From Chloroflexota bacterium (GTDB taxonomy: Bacteria > Chloroflexota > UBA11872 > VXOZ01): a DNA stretch of 64,000 nt. Below the pieces are notes generated by a model. That model made no database searches. It saw only the letters and a program-made list of their open reading frames with translations, and was not told the DNA's origin. This document shows, one piece after another, positions 10,012 to 18,804 of this stretch. Position numbers and translations under genes: made by a program. Numbering within the stretch: the first letter of the stretch is position 1; each line of letters starts with the position of its first letter. The stretch is from positions 1,088,001-1,152,000 of the forward strand of contig OY760183.1 in NCBI GenBank assembly GCA_963663275.1, read 5' to 3'.

Positions 10012-11205
10012 CAATGCTGTCGCATTAACCGCTGAAGCGGAGTGCGCGGGGCAAGGAAGCGGCAAGCGTTCGCAGCCAGGAGACGCGAGTGCTGCTAGCT
10101 GGACGTAGTTCCTCCAAGAGCTGTGCGAGCACGGCCACGATGCTGGCGACCACCAAGGTGAGCCAGACGGCGGCACGGCTGTATCCAATGGGGCGGATTG
10201 CGCCCAACACATGCTTCAGCCAGCGAAAGAACAACTCGATCTGCCAGCGCTTGCGGTAGAGCCACACCACCTCTGGAGCGCTCAGGTCGTGACGGTCGGT
10301 GATGAAGTGGTGCGTTTTCCCCTGCGCCGTGCGGCTGACCACCAGGCGCATCTCTGCTAAGACCGCGCCGTTGCGGTTGTTGGCGCTGCCCAGCACGATC
10401 ACCGCATCCCGCACCACCACGTCTCCTGCCGGCGTGCGCGCGCCGGTCACGGCACGCTCGCGCACCACGCAGTAGGCAGCCTGCGGGTGCAGGCGCGTCA
10501 CGAAGTGCACACCTGCCTCCCGCATCTGCGCAAAGACCCGATGCGCGTAGTAGCCCAAGTCTAGCAAGAGCGTCCAGCCCTGCCACCGCGCCAGACCCCA
10601 ACGCTTGAACGCCGTCACGTCATTCGCGTCCGCCAACGTCACCTGTAACCGCGTCGGCACCTGTGTGTCCACGGCATATGCCATCTGCAGCCGTACTCCC
10701 GCCTCATGCCCTTGGTGCACGCTCCACGGACTACACGCCGCGCTCAGCGCCAGAAAACTGCCGTCCACCGCCACCACCCGCCGTACGTGCGCCGGCCCAC
10801 GTGCTTGCACCTGCCGCGCCAACACCTCCCACGCCGCCGTAAAACACGCCAACGGCCGCGTCTGGGATGAACGTGCCAACTGACTGTAACTTATGCCCGA
10901 CGCTAAACCCAACCGCCGTCGCCACACCACATCACCCATCTGCAGCCCATGGCTTTGCCGCAGGCTCCCACTCCCACTCAGCACGTGACCAAGCAGCATC
11001 CCCACATGCGCTCGCACCGAAAAATGCTTGCGATAGCGATCCGCTCCCCTCACCCGTGCTGCCGCCGTCAGCGCCGGCTCCAACTCACGCCATAGCCGCC
11101 GTCCTACTCCTACCGTCTGTGCTACCATTAGCCAGGGCTCCTTTGTAAGATATATCGCTCATTACCTTACTAAAGTAGCCCCTTCACTTTAATGCGACAA
11201 CATTG
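10012..11205 (-). mobile_element. IS4-family insertion sequence inserted in a REP
   Basis: 17-bp TIRs CAATGCTGTCGCATTAA (10012-10028) / TTAATGCGACAACATTG (11189-11205), 1 mismatch; 11-bp direct repeat GGGACAAGCCC at 10001-10011 and 11206-11216. Confidence 0.93.
10025..11128 (-). CDS. IS4-family DDE transposase
   Basis: VAVDGS, LLDLGYY, YRKRWQIELFFRWLK (YREK motif); stop codon lies inside the TIR. Confidence 0.92.
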   Translation of the reverse strand: MVAQTVGVGRRLWRELEPALTAAARVRGADRYRKHFSVRAHVGMLLGHVLSGSGSLRQSHGLQMGDVVWRRRLGLASGISYSQLARSSQTRPLACFTAAWEVLARQVQARGPAHVRRVVAVDGSFLALSAACSPWSVHQGHEAGVRLQMAYAVDTQVPTRLQVTLADANDVTAFKRWGLARWQGWTLLLDLGYYAHRVFAQMREAGVHFVTRLHPQAAYCVVRERAVTGARTPAGDVVVRDAVIVLGSANNRNGAVLAEMRLVVSRTAQGKTHHFITDRHDLSAPEVVWLYRKRWQIELFFRWLKHVLGAIRPIGYSRAAVWLTLVVASIVAVLAQLLEELRPASSTRVSWLRTLAASLPRALRFSG

Positions 11206-11394
11206 GGGACAAGCCCCCGCGCTACGCCTGTGCGGCAGAATTGGGAAAAGGCCCCTGCGCTACGGGTTGCGAAATCATCCCAATCTTGTACTGCAAGAGC
11301 GCACACGAACGGAATGCACGCGCTTCGCATAGAAAGAGAGGCCGTTTCCCGCGCCCAGGAAACGGCCTCTCCTCAATCTCAGGGGAACGGATCG

Positions 11395-11682
11395 CTATTC
11401 CGAAACGTTCAACGCCGCCAGTTGCTCCTGCAGATTGGCCAGGATGTCTTGCGGCTTGGCGACCTTCTCGGACTTGCGCAGTGTCAGCCGCCACTCCGAG
11501 TTGGCGGCGTCCTCGATGGTCGTCTCGTAGCCGTTCTTGGCCGCTTCCCACGGAATGGTGCCCAGGGCCGGCGCGTGGTCGGTGAGCACCTCCAGGTTCT
11601 CGTCGCCGTCCAGCTTCTTTAGCGCCTCGGCGGTTTTCATCATGGGATACGGGCAGATTTCACCGCGCACGTCGATTTTCAT
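11395..11682 (-). CDS. TusA/SirA/YeeD-family sulfurtransferase
   Basis: IDVRGEICPYP motif; follows the YeeE gene. Confidence 0.9.
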   Translation of the reverse strand: MKIDVRGEICPYPMMKTAEALKKLDGDENLEVLTDHAPALGTIPWEAAKNGYETTIEDAANSEWRLTLRKSEKVAKPQDILANLQEQLAALNVSE

Positions 11683-11756
11683 AGTTGAGCGCTCCTTTCT
11701 CTCTCGAACATCATCCTAACACAGTTGCAAGGCTTCTCCACCGCAAAGCGCGCACG

Positions 11757-13013
11757 TCACGCCAGCCGTTTGATCACGCGCACGCCCAGGTACGCGCCCG
11801 GCAGCAGGGAAAGGCCGAATATCCAGCCGTTCAGCCCCAGCGAGGGAATGGCGGAGAAGAACGCGCCGATGGTGCAGCCAATCGCGATACCGGCGCCGTA
11901 GCCCATGAAGACGCCGCCGATGGCCGACTGCGCGTAGCGCCGCTTCAGCGGCGGGAAGCGCACTTTGAACTCGTTGGCCAGCAGCGCCGCCACCAGCGCG
12001 CCGATGATGAGACCGCCGTCCAGGAACAAGCCCTCGCTCGTCCACCACGAACCCGCGCCGACCGCGAGATTGCAGCCGGCGAGACCGTCCACCCCGAGCA
12101 GGGCCGGCGCTTGGATGCGCAAGAGGCCGCTCGCGATGCGGTCCGACCACGCGGAGAGTTCGCCGGTCACGCCCAGCGGGCGGGAGTAGACGTAGATGAA
12201 GACGTTGACCACCGCCAGGGCCAGCGCGCCGGCGGCAATCGGCCAGCCTTTCACGAACACCGTGTCGTATAGTTGCCGCAACTTATCGCCAAACGTCAGC
12301 GGCGGCATCTCGCTCTTGCCGCCCAGGGCAAAGTTCGGCATGGGACCCGCGCGGTACTCCCACCAATAGCTCAGGAGCACGATGCCGGCCAGCACCAGCA
12401 GCGTGAGCGCCACGCCGCCGCCGTAGCCCACCCATTTGGGCAGGAAGACCGTCGGCATGTGCTTGATGTGGTTCGTCCACCACCAGTTCCAGGTGAGGGT
12501 TGAGAGATACAAGCCTGCCAGGATACCGCCCATCGACGCCCAAGAGGCCACATAGCCCTCGCCGATGCGGTACATGGTGCCCGAGACGCAGCCGCCGGCA
12601 ATCACCATGCCAAACCCAAAGGCAATACCGCCTACCACCAGGTGCAGTCCGATGGGAATCACGTGCGCCGCGGCGGGCAGCGCGCCAAACGACGGCTCCG
12701 GTACCATCATCTGCATCACCAGCCAGAAGCCGATGGTGGCGACGCCGATGGCGACCGCCAACGCGCGCATGGTGCTGGGGTCGCGCATGAGGAAGATGTC
12801 GCGGAAGCCGGAGGCAAAGCACAACCGGCTGCGCTGCAGGATGACGCCAAACGCCAACCCAAAGAGCCACATCACGGCCAGCGTGGCGTTCACGACCGCC
12901 AGATACGTGAGGAAGAGCAGCACCGCCGCCACGACGCCGGCGCGCATGACGACCCGCGCCGTGAAACGCTGCCCCAATCCGGTTGCCTCGCGGGCTTCAA
13001 CGCTTGTGCTCAT
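11757..13013 (-). CDS. YeeE/YedE family sulfur (thiosulfate) transporter
   Basis: Multi-TM; QRSRLCFASGFRD, GMVIAGGCVSG, IAIGCTIG conserved Cys motifs. Confidence 0.9.
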   Translation of the reverse strand: MSTSVEAREATGLGQRFTARVVMRAGVVAAVLLFLTYLAVVNATLAVMWLFGLAFGVILQRSRLCFASGFRDIFLMRDPSTMRALAVAIGVATIGFWLVMQMMVPEPSFGALPAAAHVIPIGLHLVVGGIAFGFGMVIAGGCVSGTMYRIGEGYVASWASMGGILAGLYLSTLTWNWWWTNHIKHMPTVFLPKWVGYGGGVALTLLVLAGIVLLSYWWEYRAGPMPNFALGGKSEMPPLTFGDKLRQLYDTVFVKGWPIAAGALALAVVNVFIYVYSRPLGVTGELSAWSDRIASGLLRIQAPALLGVDGLAGCNLAVGAGSWWTSEGLFLDGGLIIGALVAALLANEFKVRFPPLKRRYAQSAIGGVFMGYGAGIAIGCTIGAFFSAIPSLGLNGWIFGLSLLPGAYLGVRVIKRLA

Positions 13014-13385
13014 GGTTACTCCAAGACGAGACCGCTAATCCAGGAAATCTGTCCCACTCCGTCATTCCCGCGCTCGCGGGAATCCATCTTTTTCCCACAC
13101 GTACTCTCCATACAATAGAGTAACCAAACCCGCGCCACACACCCTCGCTTCTCTCCTATTATGACTTAGTTGCTCCAATTTATCAAGTATATGCCCGCCC
13201 GGGCCGGCGGCGCGGGCGTTCGTTTGACACTACCGCCCTACTCCCGCTAGCGTGGTGACGTTCACCGCCACGCTGGAAAGGCCGCGGCGGTACCGCGCTT
13301 GCCCGGCGGACGACGCTCCAACAACGCATCTGGCAAAGTGAGGCAAACCCGTGCTGAGACTACACATTCCCTTCCGGGAGCAGCC

Positions 13386-14063
13386 ATGAGACGCGGGTAC
13401 GCAATGGCGCAGGCGCTCTGCCTCACGCTCTTTCCGCTGAGCTTTCTCCTGCTGAGCAACACGGGACTCCATCCCGGCTACGCCGGAACCGCGGCCGAGC
13501 AAATCCAGGGACTGGCGGCGGAAGCGGCCCGCTGGCGCTGGGTGCACCTGGGCATGGCCGGGGGCAGCCTGCTCGGTCTCGGCGGGCTTTTCGCGCTGCG
13601 GTCGTTGCTGCCGCGGCCCCATGTTGCCGTGCACGTTGTCACGGCGTTCGGTGTGGTGGGCGCGGCGCTGCTCACGGGGATCTTCACGCTGGAGGCAACG
13701 CTGATACCGGCGCTCGCGCTGGCGTGCGTGGAGGCCGCCGCGGCGTGCCTGGCGCCGGCAAACGCGGCGTTCGTGGAGCGATTCGCCGACCTCGCGCTCA
13801 ACCGGGTGCCGCTCTTGTTTCAGGGCGGGAGCGCTTTGCTGGCGTCCTATTTCGCGCTGGCCGCCATGGGCTTGCGCCGGCGGGCGCTGGCGGGCCGCGA
13901 GGCGCTGCCCCTGCTCGTCGGGACGGCTCTCGTCTTCCTCTACGGTCCCGGGTTGCACGGCGCGCCGGTGGGACTGCCCTTCTTTGGGTTTCTCGCCATG
14001 CTTGGCGGCGGCATGGCGCTCTCTATCCGTCTCTTGCGGGCGCCCCGCGTGTGCGCGGGATGA
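13386..14063 (+). CDS. Hypothetical integral membrane protein
   Basis: About six hydrophobic helices; GGGAG SD; candidate TTGACA(13224)-18-TAGCGT promoter upstream. Confidence 0.6.
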   Translation: MRRGYAMAQALCLTLFPLSFLLLSNTGLHPGYAGTAAEQIQGLAAEAARWRWVHLGMAGGSLLGLGGLFALRSLLPRPHVAVHVVTAFGVVGAALLTGIFTLEATLIPALALACVEAAAACLAPANAAFVERFADLALNRVPLLFQGGSALLASYFALAAMGLRRRALAGREALPLLVGTALVFLYGPGLHGAPVGLPFFGFLAMLGGGMALSIRLLRAPRVCAG

Positions 14064-14158
14064 CGTTGCTCAGGCGGGGGACAAGCCCCCGCGCTACGGG
14101 GCCGCTTGCGCGCGCCGCCCGCGGCTGCGCCGGTTGGAAACGCGGGCGGGAAGGGCAA

Positions 14159-14187
14159 TTGAGCGAGACGGCGGCCGCTGGTACAAT
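14159..14187 (+). promoter_or_regulatory. Sigma70-type promoter for tRNA-Pro
   Basis: TTGAGC-17 nt-TACAAT. Confidence 0.55.
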
Positions 14188-14303
14188 AGGTGAGGTGTGA
14201 CTCTGCCGGACGCGGCGCGCTTGCGGGCGGGCAACCGCTGCGGCGCGCGCGGCCTGTGCCTCGCGGAATTCGCGCGGCATGGGCGGGGAAACCGGCGGCA
14301 GAA

Positions 14304-14380
14304 CGGGGTGTGGCGCAGCCTGGTAGCGCGCTTGAATGGGGTTCAAGAGGTCCCCGGTTCAAATCCGGGCACCCCGACCA
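14304..14380 (+). tRNA. tRNA-Pro(GGG)
   Basis: Cloverleaf CGGGGTG...CACCCCG-A-CCA; anticodon stem CTTGA/TCAAG with GGG; GGTTCAAATCC T-arm; encoded CCA. Confidence 0.97.
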
Positions 14381-14407
14381 CAGACAGAACCAGCCTTCTT
14401 TCCCCTA

Positions 14408-14548
14408 GATGACCCTTGCATTCGCCTTCTTCCTAAAAGGCAGAAGGTTTGGATGGGGGATGAATCATCTCGAAAGTATGTTTCTATTGGTTGCAACAGT
14501 GCCTGGATTCCGGCTTTCGCCGGAATGACGGAGTTGTGCAAAGTTCTC
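14408..14548. mobile_element. Degenerate GAGACCTTTGCA-type MITE
   Basis: Ends GATGACCCTTGCA / TGCAAAGTTCTC; internal GGATGGGGG and CTGGATTCCGGCTTTCGCCGGAATGAC as in the 42045 copy. Confidence 0.55.
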
Positions 14549-14560
14549 CAACCGCGCAAC

Positions 14561-15406
14561 TCAGACCGTTTGCAGCGGCACTATCGTGTGGTCGGCCAGC
14601 GTCTCGTTCAGCGAGCCCGAGCGGTAGCCTTGCATGTCCAGGGCCACGTACTTGAAGCCGATCTCTTGCAGCGCCGTCACCGCTTGGGTGTGGGTGTCGT
14701 TCTGGAAGAGCCGGGGCAGGTCTTCCGGCGGCGCTTCGATGCGGGCAATGTCGCCGTGGTGGCGCACGCGCACCAGGCGGAAGCCCAGTTTATGCAGGAA
14801 GTGCTCGGCCTGGTCTACCTGGCGCAGCTTTTCCAGCGTCACGCGGCTGCCGTAGGGAATGCGCGAGGCCAGGCACGCGCCGCCGGGCTTATCCCACGTG
14901 GGCAGCCCCAGTTCCTTGGAAAGCTGCCGGATTTCGTGCTTCTGCAGTTCGGCTTCCACCAGCGGCGCGCGGGCGTCGAGCATTTTCGCCGCCTCCATGC
15001 CCGGCCGGTGATCGCCCAGGTCGTCCATGATGCCGCCGTAGACGATCGTTTCGAATTCTTCCGCCTGGGCGATGAGTTGCATCTCGGTGAAGAGTTCTTT
15101 CTTGCAGTAGAAGCAACGGTCCGGGTTGTTGACGGCGTACTCCTCTTTTTCAAGCTCGTGGGTTTCGATCAGGCGGTGCTCGATGCCGATCTCCGCCGCA
15201 TAACGCTTGGCTTCTTCAAGTTCCGTGGCCGGATAGGTCGGCGAGAGCGCCGTGAGCGCCACCGCGTCCCGGCCCAGCACGCCATGGGCAACCTTCGCCA
15301 GGAAGGTGCTGTCCACGCCGCCGGAGAAGGCGATGAGCGTGCGCCCCATGCCGCCGATGAGATGCTTCAGGTTGTCGTATTTTTCATCCAGCGCTACCAC
15401 AGCCAT
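14561..15406 (-). CDS. larE: LarE-family ATP-dependent sulfur transferase
   Basis: PP-loop SGGVDS, RCFYCKKELF, DHRPG, ACLASRIPYG, RVRHHG, GYRSGSLN; GGGAGG SD before 15406. Confidence 0.92.
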   Translation of the reverse strand: MAVVALDEKYDNLKHLIGGMGRTLIAFSGGVDSTFLAKVAHGVLGRDAVALTALSPTYPATELEEAKRYAAEIGIEHRLIETHELEKEEYAVNNPDRCFYCKKELFTEMQLIAQAEEFETIVYGGIMDDLGDHRPGMEAAKMLDARAPLVEAELQKHEIRQLSKELGLPTWDKPGGACLASRIPYGSRVTLEKLRQVDQAEHFLHKLGFRLVRVRHHGDIARIEAPPEDLPRLFQNDTHTQAVTALQEIGFKYVALDMQGYRSGSLNETLADHTIVPLQTV

Positions 15407-15608
15407 CGGTCTAGCCTCCCGGGACATTCCTCGTTTTCCATCTATCAATTTGCCGGCATAAGCGGCCGGCGTTGTCGATGCGCCGCTGCGTGAGCCGGTA
15501 CCACATAGTCATTCTACGTGAATCGCGTCACAGTTGCGTCACAGTGCGCCGCCAGCGTTTTGGCTAGCGCAAAGAAACGTGCGCATCGCGGCGCGCGCGG
15601 CGCGAGCT

Positions 15609-16160
15609 TTAGAATATGTCGACCGGATCCAACGTAAAGCCGCGCACCGTAGGCGAGGTGATTTCCTGCCCGGGGCCGTAGACGCCCGCGACGGCAAAGC
15701 GGTGCTCTTCCAGCAGCAGCAGGGTCACGGTTCCGGCGTCCGGGTCTACCAGCCAGTACTCTTTCACGCCGTGCGCGGCGTAGAGCGCCCGCTTGAACGA
15801 CCGGTCGCGGGCGGCGGTGGCGGGAGAAAGGATTTCAACAACCATGTCGGGCGCGCCCCGAACGTTTTCGCCGCCGCGCAGCACGCGCTCGCGTTCTCTG
15901 GCAACGAAAACCAGGTCCGGCTGGACGACGTCGGTGTCCGACAGCACCACGTCGCAGGGCGCGGCAAAGACCTCTCCCAGGCCTCGCTCCCGCGCGAACA
16001 CGTGCAAGAGCGCGCCCAGCCGCATGGCGACTCGCTGGTGGGAGAGGCGCGGCGCCGGCGCCACTACTAACGCTCCGTCCAAGAGTTCGTAGCGCTCATC
16101 GTCCGGCGTATCCCGATAGTCGTCATAGGTCAACTTGATTGCAGGCGTGGAACTCGCCAT
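15609..16160 (-). CDS. Uma2 (DUF820) family endonuclease
   Basis: RYELLDG, VVQPDL, GAPDMVVEILSP, K..LYA..GVKEYWLVDP. Confidence 0.92.
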   Translation of the reverse strand: MASSTPAIKLTYDDYRDTPDDERYELLDGALVVAPAPRLSHQRVAMRLGALLHVFARERGLGEVFAAPCDVVLSDTDVVQPDLVFVARERERVLRGGENVRGAPDMVVEILSPATAARDRSFKRALYAAHGVKEYWLVDPDAGTVTLLLLEEHRFAVAGVYGPGQEITSPTVRGFTLDPVDIF

Positions 16161-16364
16161 GTCTGCCTTCCTGCCTCGCTAGAGCGACCACGCGGTTGCG
16201 AGGGCCGCCGCAGCGGTTGTGGAGACACGTTACCGCCATTGTACGCTAAACGCGGCCGCGCGTCGCCGCCTGGATAGCGGAAGTCCGCGCATCTCCCAGG
16301 ACGGCGGGGTTGCCGTGGATGCGCCGGAAGACTCCGGCGCGTACGCTTCAATCCCGCGGCTGCT

Positions 16365-16811
16365 TCACGTCGTATCCGGCACAACGCGCAGGGTTGCGGC
16401 GGCGATCTCCCCTTGCCGTATCGTGTACCCGCACACGTCCGGCTCGTCCGGGTTCGCCAGCGAAATGACGATGTGCACGGCCCCCGGGTACCGTTCCGCC
16501 AGTTCGCCGTTGCCCAGATCGAACTCGGCCTCGGCTACGTCCGTCGCCGAGGGATAGGCGCGCGAGGCGACGTGGGAGTGGAATATGCCCACGATCTGCC
16601 AATCCCGCTCGTATTCCACCGCGCGCACGATGCGCAGCAGATCGTTCGGATGGATGGTATAGCGGATCGGGCTGGCGGCGGCGTTCCGGGCGGGAAAGAC
16701 CTCCAGCACCGTGCCGTCCGCGCCGCCCAACATGCCGCAGCCCTCGTTGGGCGCGGCCGCGCGCACGTGGGCGACCATCTCATCTACCTGCGCTTGCGTA
16801 ATCCGAAGCAT
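16365..16811 (-). CDS. JAB/MPN+ (M67, Mec-like) metallopeptidase
   Basis: NEGCGML and FHSHVASRAYPSATD JAMM motif. Confidence 0.92.
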   Translation of the reverse strand: MLRITQAQVDEMVAHVRAAAPNEGCGMLGGADGTVLEVFPARNAAASPIRYTIHPNDLLRIVRAVEYERDWQIVGIFHSHVASRAYPSATDVAEAEFDLGNGELAERYPGAVHIVISLANPDEPDVCGYTIRQGEIAAATLRVVPDTT

Positions 16812-16948
16812 GGGCTATCCGCGCCTCATGACCGCGTGCTCGTCGCCGCGTTGCCGCATCTTCAGGTAGCGCGCGGCGGTGTGTGGCTGCGGGGCGCCGC
16901 AAGTGACACCCTTAACGAAGGCTGGGACTAGACCCACAGATTACGCTC

Positions 16949-17803
16949 TCAACCCGTGGCCACGTCCACCGTGCGTTCCACCGCCGGCATGCCGCAGAAG
17001 GCCTCGTAGTCGATCAATTCGGTAATCGTTGGGTTATCGCCGCACACCGGGCAACTGGGATCGCGCCGCAGTTTGACCTCGTGGAAACTCAGCGCCAGCG
17101 CGTCGAAGAGCAGCAGCCGGTTGGTCAGCGTATCGCCGATGCCCAGCAGCAGTTTGGCGGTTTCCACCGCCTGGATGGAGCCCACGATGCCGGGCAGCAC
17201 GCCCAGCACGCCGGCCTCCGAGCAGGAGGGCGCCATTTCCGGCGGCGGCGGCTCCGGGTAGAGGCAGCGGTAGCAGCCCTTGCCGGGCTCGAAGACCGTC
17301 GCCTGCCCCTCGAACCGGAAGATGCTGCCGTGCACCACCGGTTTGTTCAGGAAGAGCGCCGCGTCGTTCACCAGGTAGCGCGTGGGGAAGTTATCCGTGC
17401 CGTCCACGATCACGTCGTAGTCGGCGAAGACCTCCATCACGTTATCCGAGTTGAGGTGGTCGGTGTGCGCCACCACGTTCACGTCCGGGTTCACCTCGCG
17501 CAGGCGATCCTGGGCCGACGCTACTTTGGCGCGGCCCACGTCGGAGTGCCCGTGCAGAATCTGGCGCTGCAAGTTGCTCAGGTCCACCTCGTCGAAGTCC
17601 ACGATGCCCAGGGTGCCCACGCCGGCCGCGGCCAGGTAGAGCGCGGCGGGCGAGCCCAGGCCGCCCGCGCCCAATAGCAGCACCTTGGCGCTCATCAATT
17701 TGCGTTGTCCGATTGGGCCGACCTCAGAGAGGATGATGTGCCGGCTGTAACGCTGGACTTGCTCGGGTGTGAAAAGGCTGCGCCGCTTGGCGACGGTACT
17801 CAT
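16949..17803 (-). CDS. moeB: MoeB/ThiF family E1-like adenylyltransferase (no rhodanese domain)
   Basis: RYSRHI, GAGGLG, SNLQRQ, DGTDN, CYRC, CPVC. Confidence 0.9.
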   Translation of the reverse strand: MSTVAKRRSLFTPEQVQRYSRHIILSEVGPIGQRKLMSAKVLLLGAGGLGSPAALYLAAAGVGTLGIVDFDEVDLSNLQRQILHGHSDVGRAKVASAQDRLREVNPDVNVVAHTDHLNSDNVMEVFADYDVIVDGTDNFPTRYLVNDAALFLNKPVVHGSIFRFEGQATVFEPGKGCYRCLYPEPPPPEMAPSCSEAGVLGVLPGIVGSIQAVETAKLLLGIGDTLTNRLLLFDALALSFHEVKLRRDPSCPVCGDNPTITELIDYEAFCGMPAVERTVDVATG

Positions 17804-17837
17804 GCGTTCCTCCTTCAGCTTATCGGTGTCGGCAAAA

Positions 17838-18275
17838 TCAAATGTAGTAGACGACGCGCTCCTGCCGTTCCTTTTCGCGCGCCGCCAGGTCGGCGATCGT
17901 ATGGCGGCTCAGGACCGACTGCACCGCCGCTTGCACCTCGCTCCACACCTCCCGTTGCCCGCACCCCGGCACCAGCGCGCAGAACTCAGGGTTTTCCAGG
18001 CATTCCACCGGCGTGAACGGACCCTCCAGGGTGGAGACGATTAGTTCCATGGTAATCTGATCCGGCGGACGCGCCAGTTCGTGCCCGCCCTGCGGGCCGC
18101 GGGTGCTGCGCACGATGCCGGCCTTGCGCAGCGCGGTAAGGAGTTGGTCCAGGTAGGCTTCCGGTATGTGCTGCCGCCGGGCGATCGCCGCGCTCTGCAC
18201 CAGGCCCTGGCCGTGGCGGTGCGCCAGATCGACCGCGGCGCGCACCGCGTAGTCCGCTTTCATCGATATTCGCAT
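17838..18275 (-). CDS. Rrf2 family transcriptional regulator (IscR/CymR-like)
   Basis: YLDQLL..LRKAGIVRSTRGPQGG; three Cys (ECLENPEFCALVPGC); C-terminal YYI. Confidence 0.93.
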   Translation of the reverse strand: MRISMKADYAVRAAVDLAHRHGQGLVQSAAIARRQHIPEAYLDQLLTALRKAGIVRSTRGPQGGHELARPPDQITMELIVSTLEGPFTPVECLENPEFCALVPGCGQREVWSEVQAAVQSVLSRHTIADLAAREKERQERVVYYI

Positions 18276-18307
18276 GGCGTTGCTCTTCCGAGGGGCGCGT
18301 ACCCAAT

Positions 18308-18333
18308 TGTTAACCAAAGTTCTTTACTTAACA
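18308..18333. promoter_or_regulatory. Candidate Rrf2 operator
   Basis: AT-rich imperfect palindrome TGTTAA-cc-AAAG-tt-CTTT-ac-TTAACA about 30 bp upstream of rrf2. Confidence 0.5.
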
Positions 18334-18364
18334 TGATACTGCCTCGCCGCCAGTTGCGCAAGAG

Positions 18365-18681
18365 GAGGCCTTTGCAAAGCCCCTTCCCCATCGAGGGCTG
18401 ACAAGGGTATGTAAACGTCATTCCGAGCGGAGCGAGGAATCTAGGGTGCTGGACTTGCGGGGCTATGCCTTAGATTCCTCTCTCCGTTACGCTCCGTTCG
18501 GAATGACACGTGAAGTCGGTTATAGGATGCATACCCTTGTCAGCCCATCGAGGGGAAAGGTTGGGATGGGGGTGAAAAGGCTTGAAATTAAGCCGTCTTT
18601 CGTTGCAAGTGCGGTCTGGACTCTGCGCCCGCGCACCGGAGGCGGGCTTTCGCCGGAGTGACAGAGTTGTGCAAAGGCCTC
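18365..18681. mobile_element. GAGRCCTTTGCA-type MITE carrying a nested MITE
   Basis: TIRs GAGGCCTTTGCA / TGCAAAGGCCTC; same internal parts as the 42045 and 53050 copies. Confidence 0.75.
18395..18546. mobile_element. GGGCTGACA-type MITE nested in a hairpin loop
   Basis: Perfect 17-bp TIR GGGCTGACAAGGGTATG / CATACCCTTGTCAGCCC; 5-bp duplication ATCGA (18390-18394, 18547-18551); internal GTCATTCCGAGC...GGAATGAC REP pair. Confidence 0.85.
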
Positions 18682-18804
18682 AATGAGGGAGAGCGCCGCG
18701 CGCCGCCGCTCGGAAAGCGCGGTGCCCTGCCGCGCAAGTGTTCATGCGGCGGCGCGGGCGCCGGGGCGCGTTGGAGTCCGTCCGCGCCGCCGGCCCGCGC
18801 TGCT

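Noticed and set aside
14304-14380. tRNA-Pro as an integration site for an island
   Set aside because: No integrase nearby and no duplicate of the tRNA 3' end noticed; downstream genes look like host genes
16815-16937. 40-aa minus-strand ORF filling the moeB-JAB gap and ending in RRG, as a possible sulfur carrier
   Set aside because: Too short for a beta-grasp fold, no GG terminus, weak SD; probably a chance ORF
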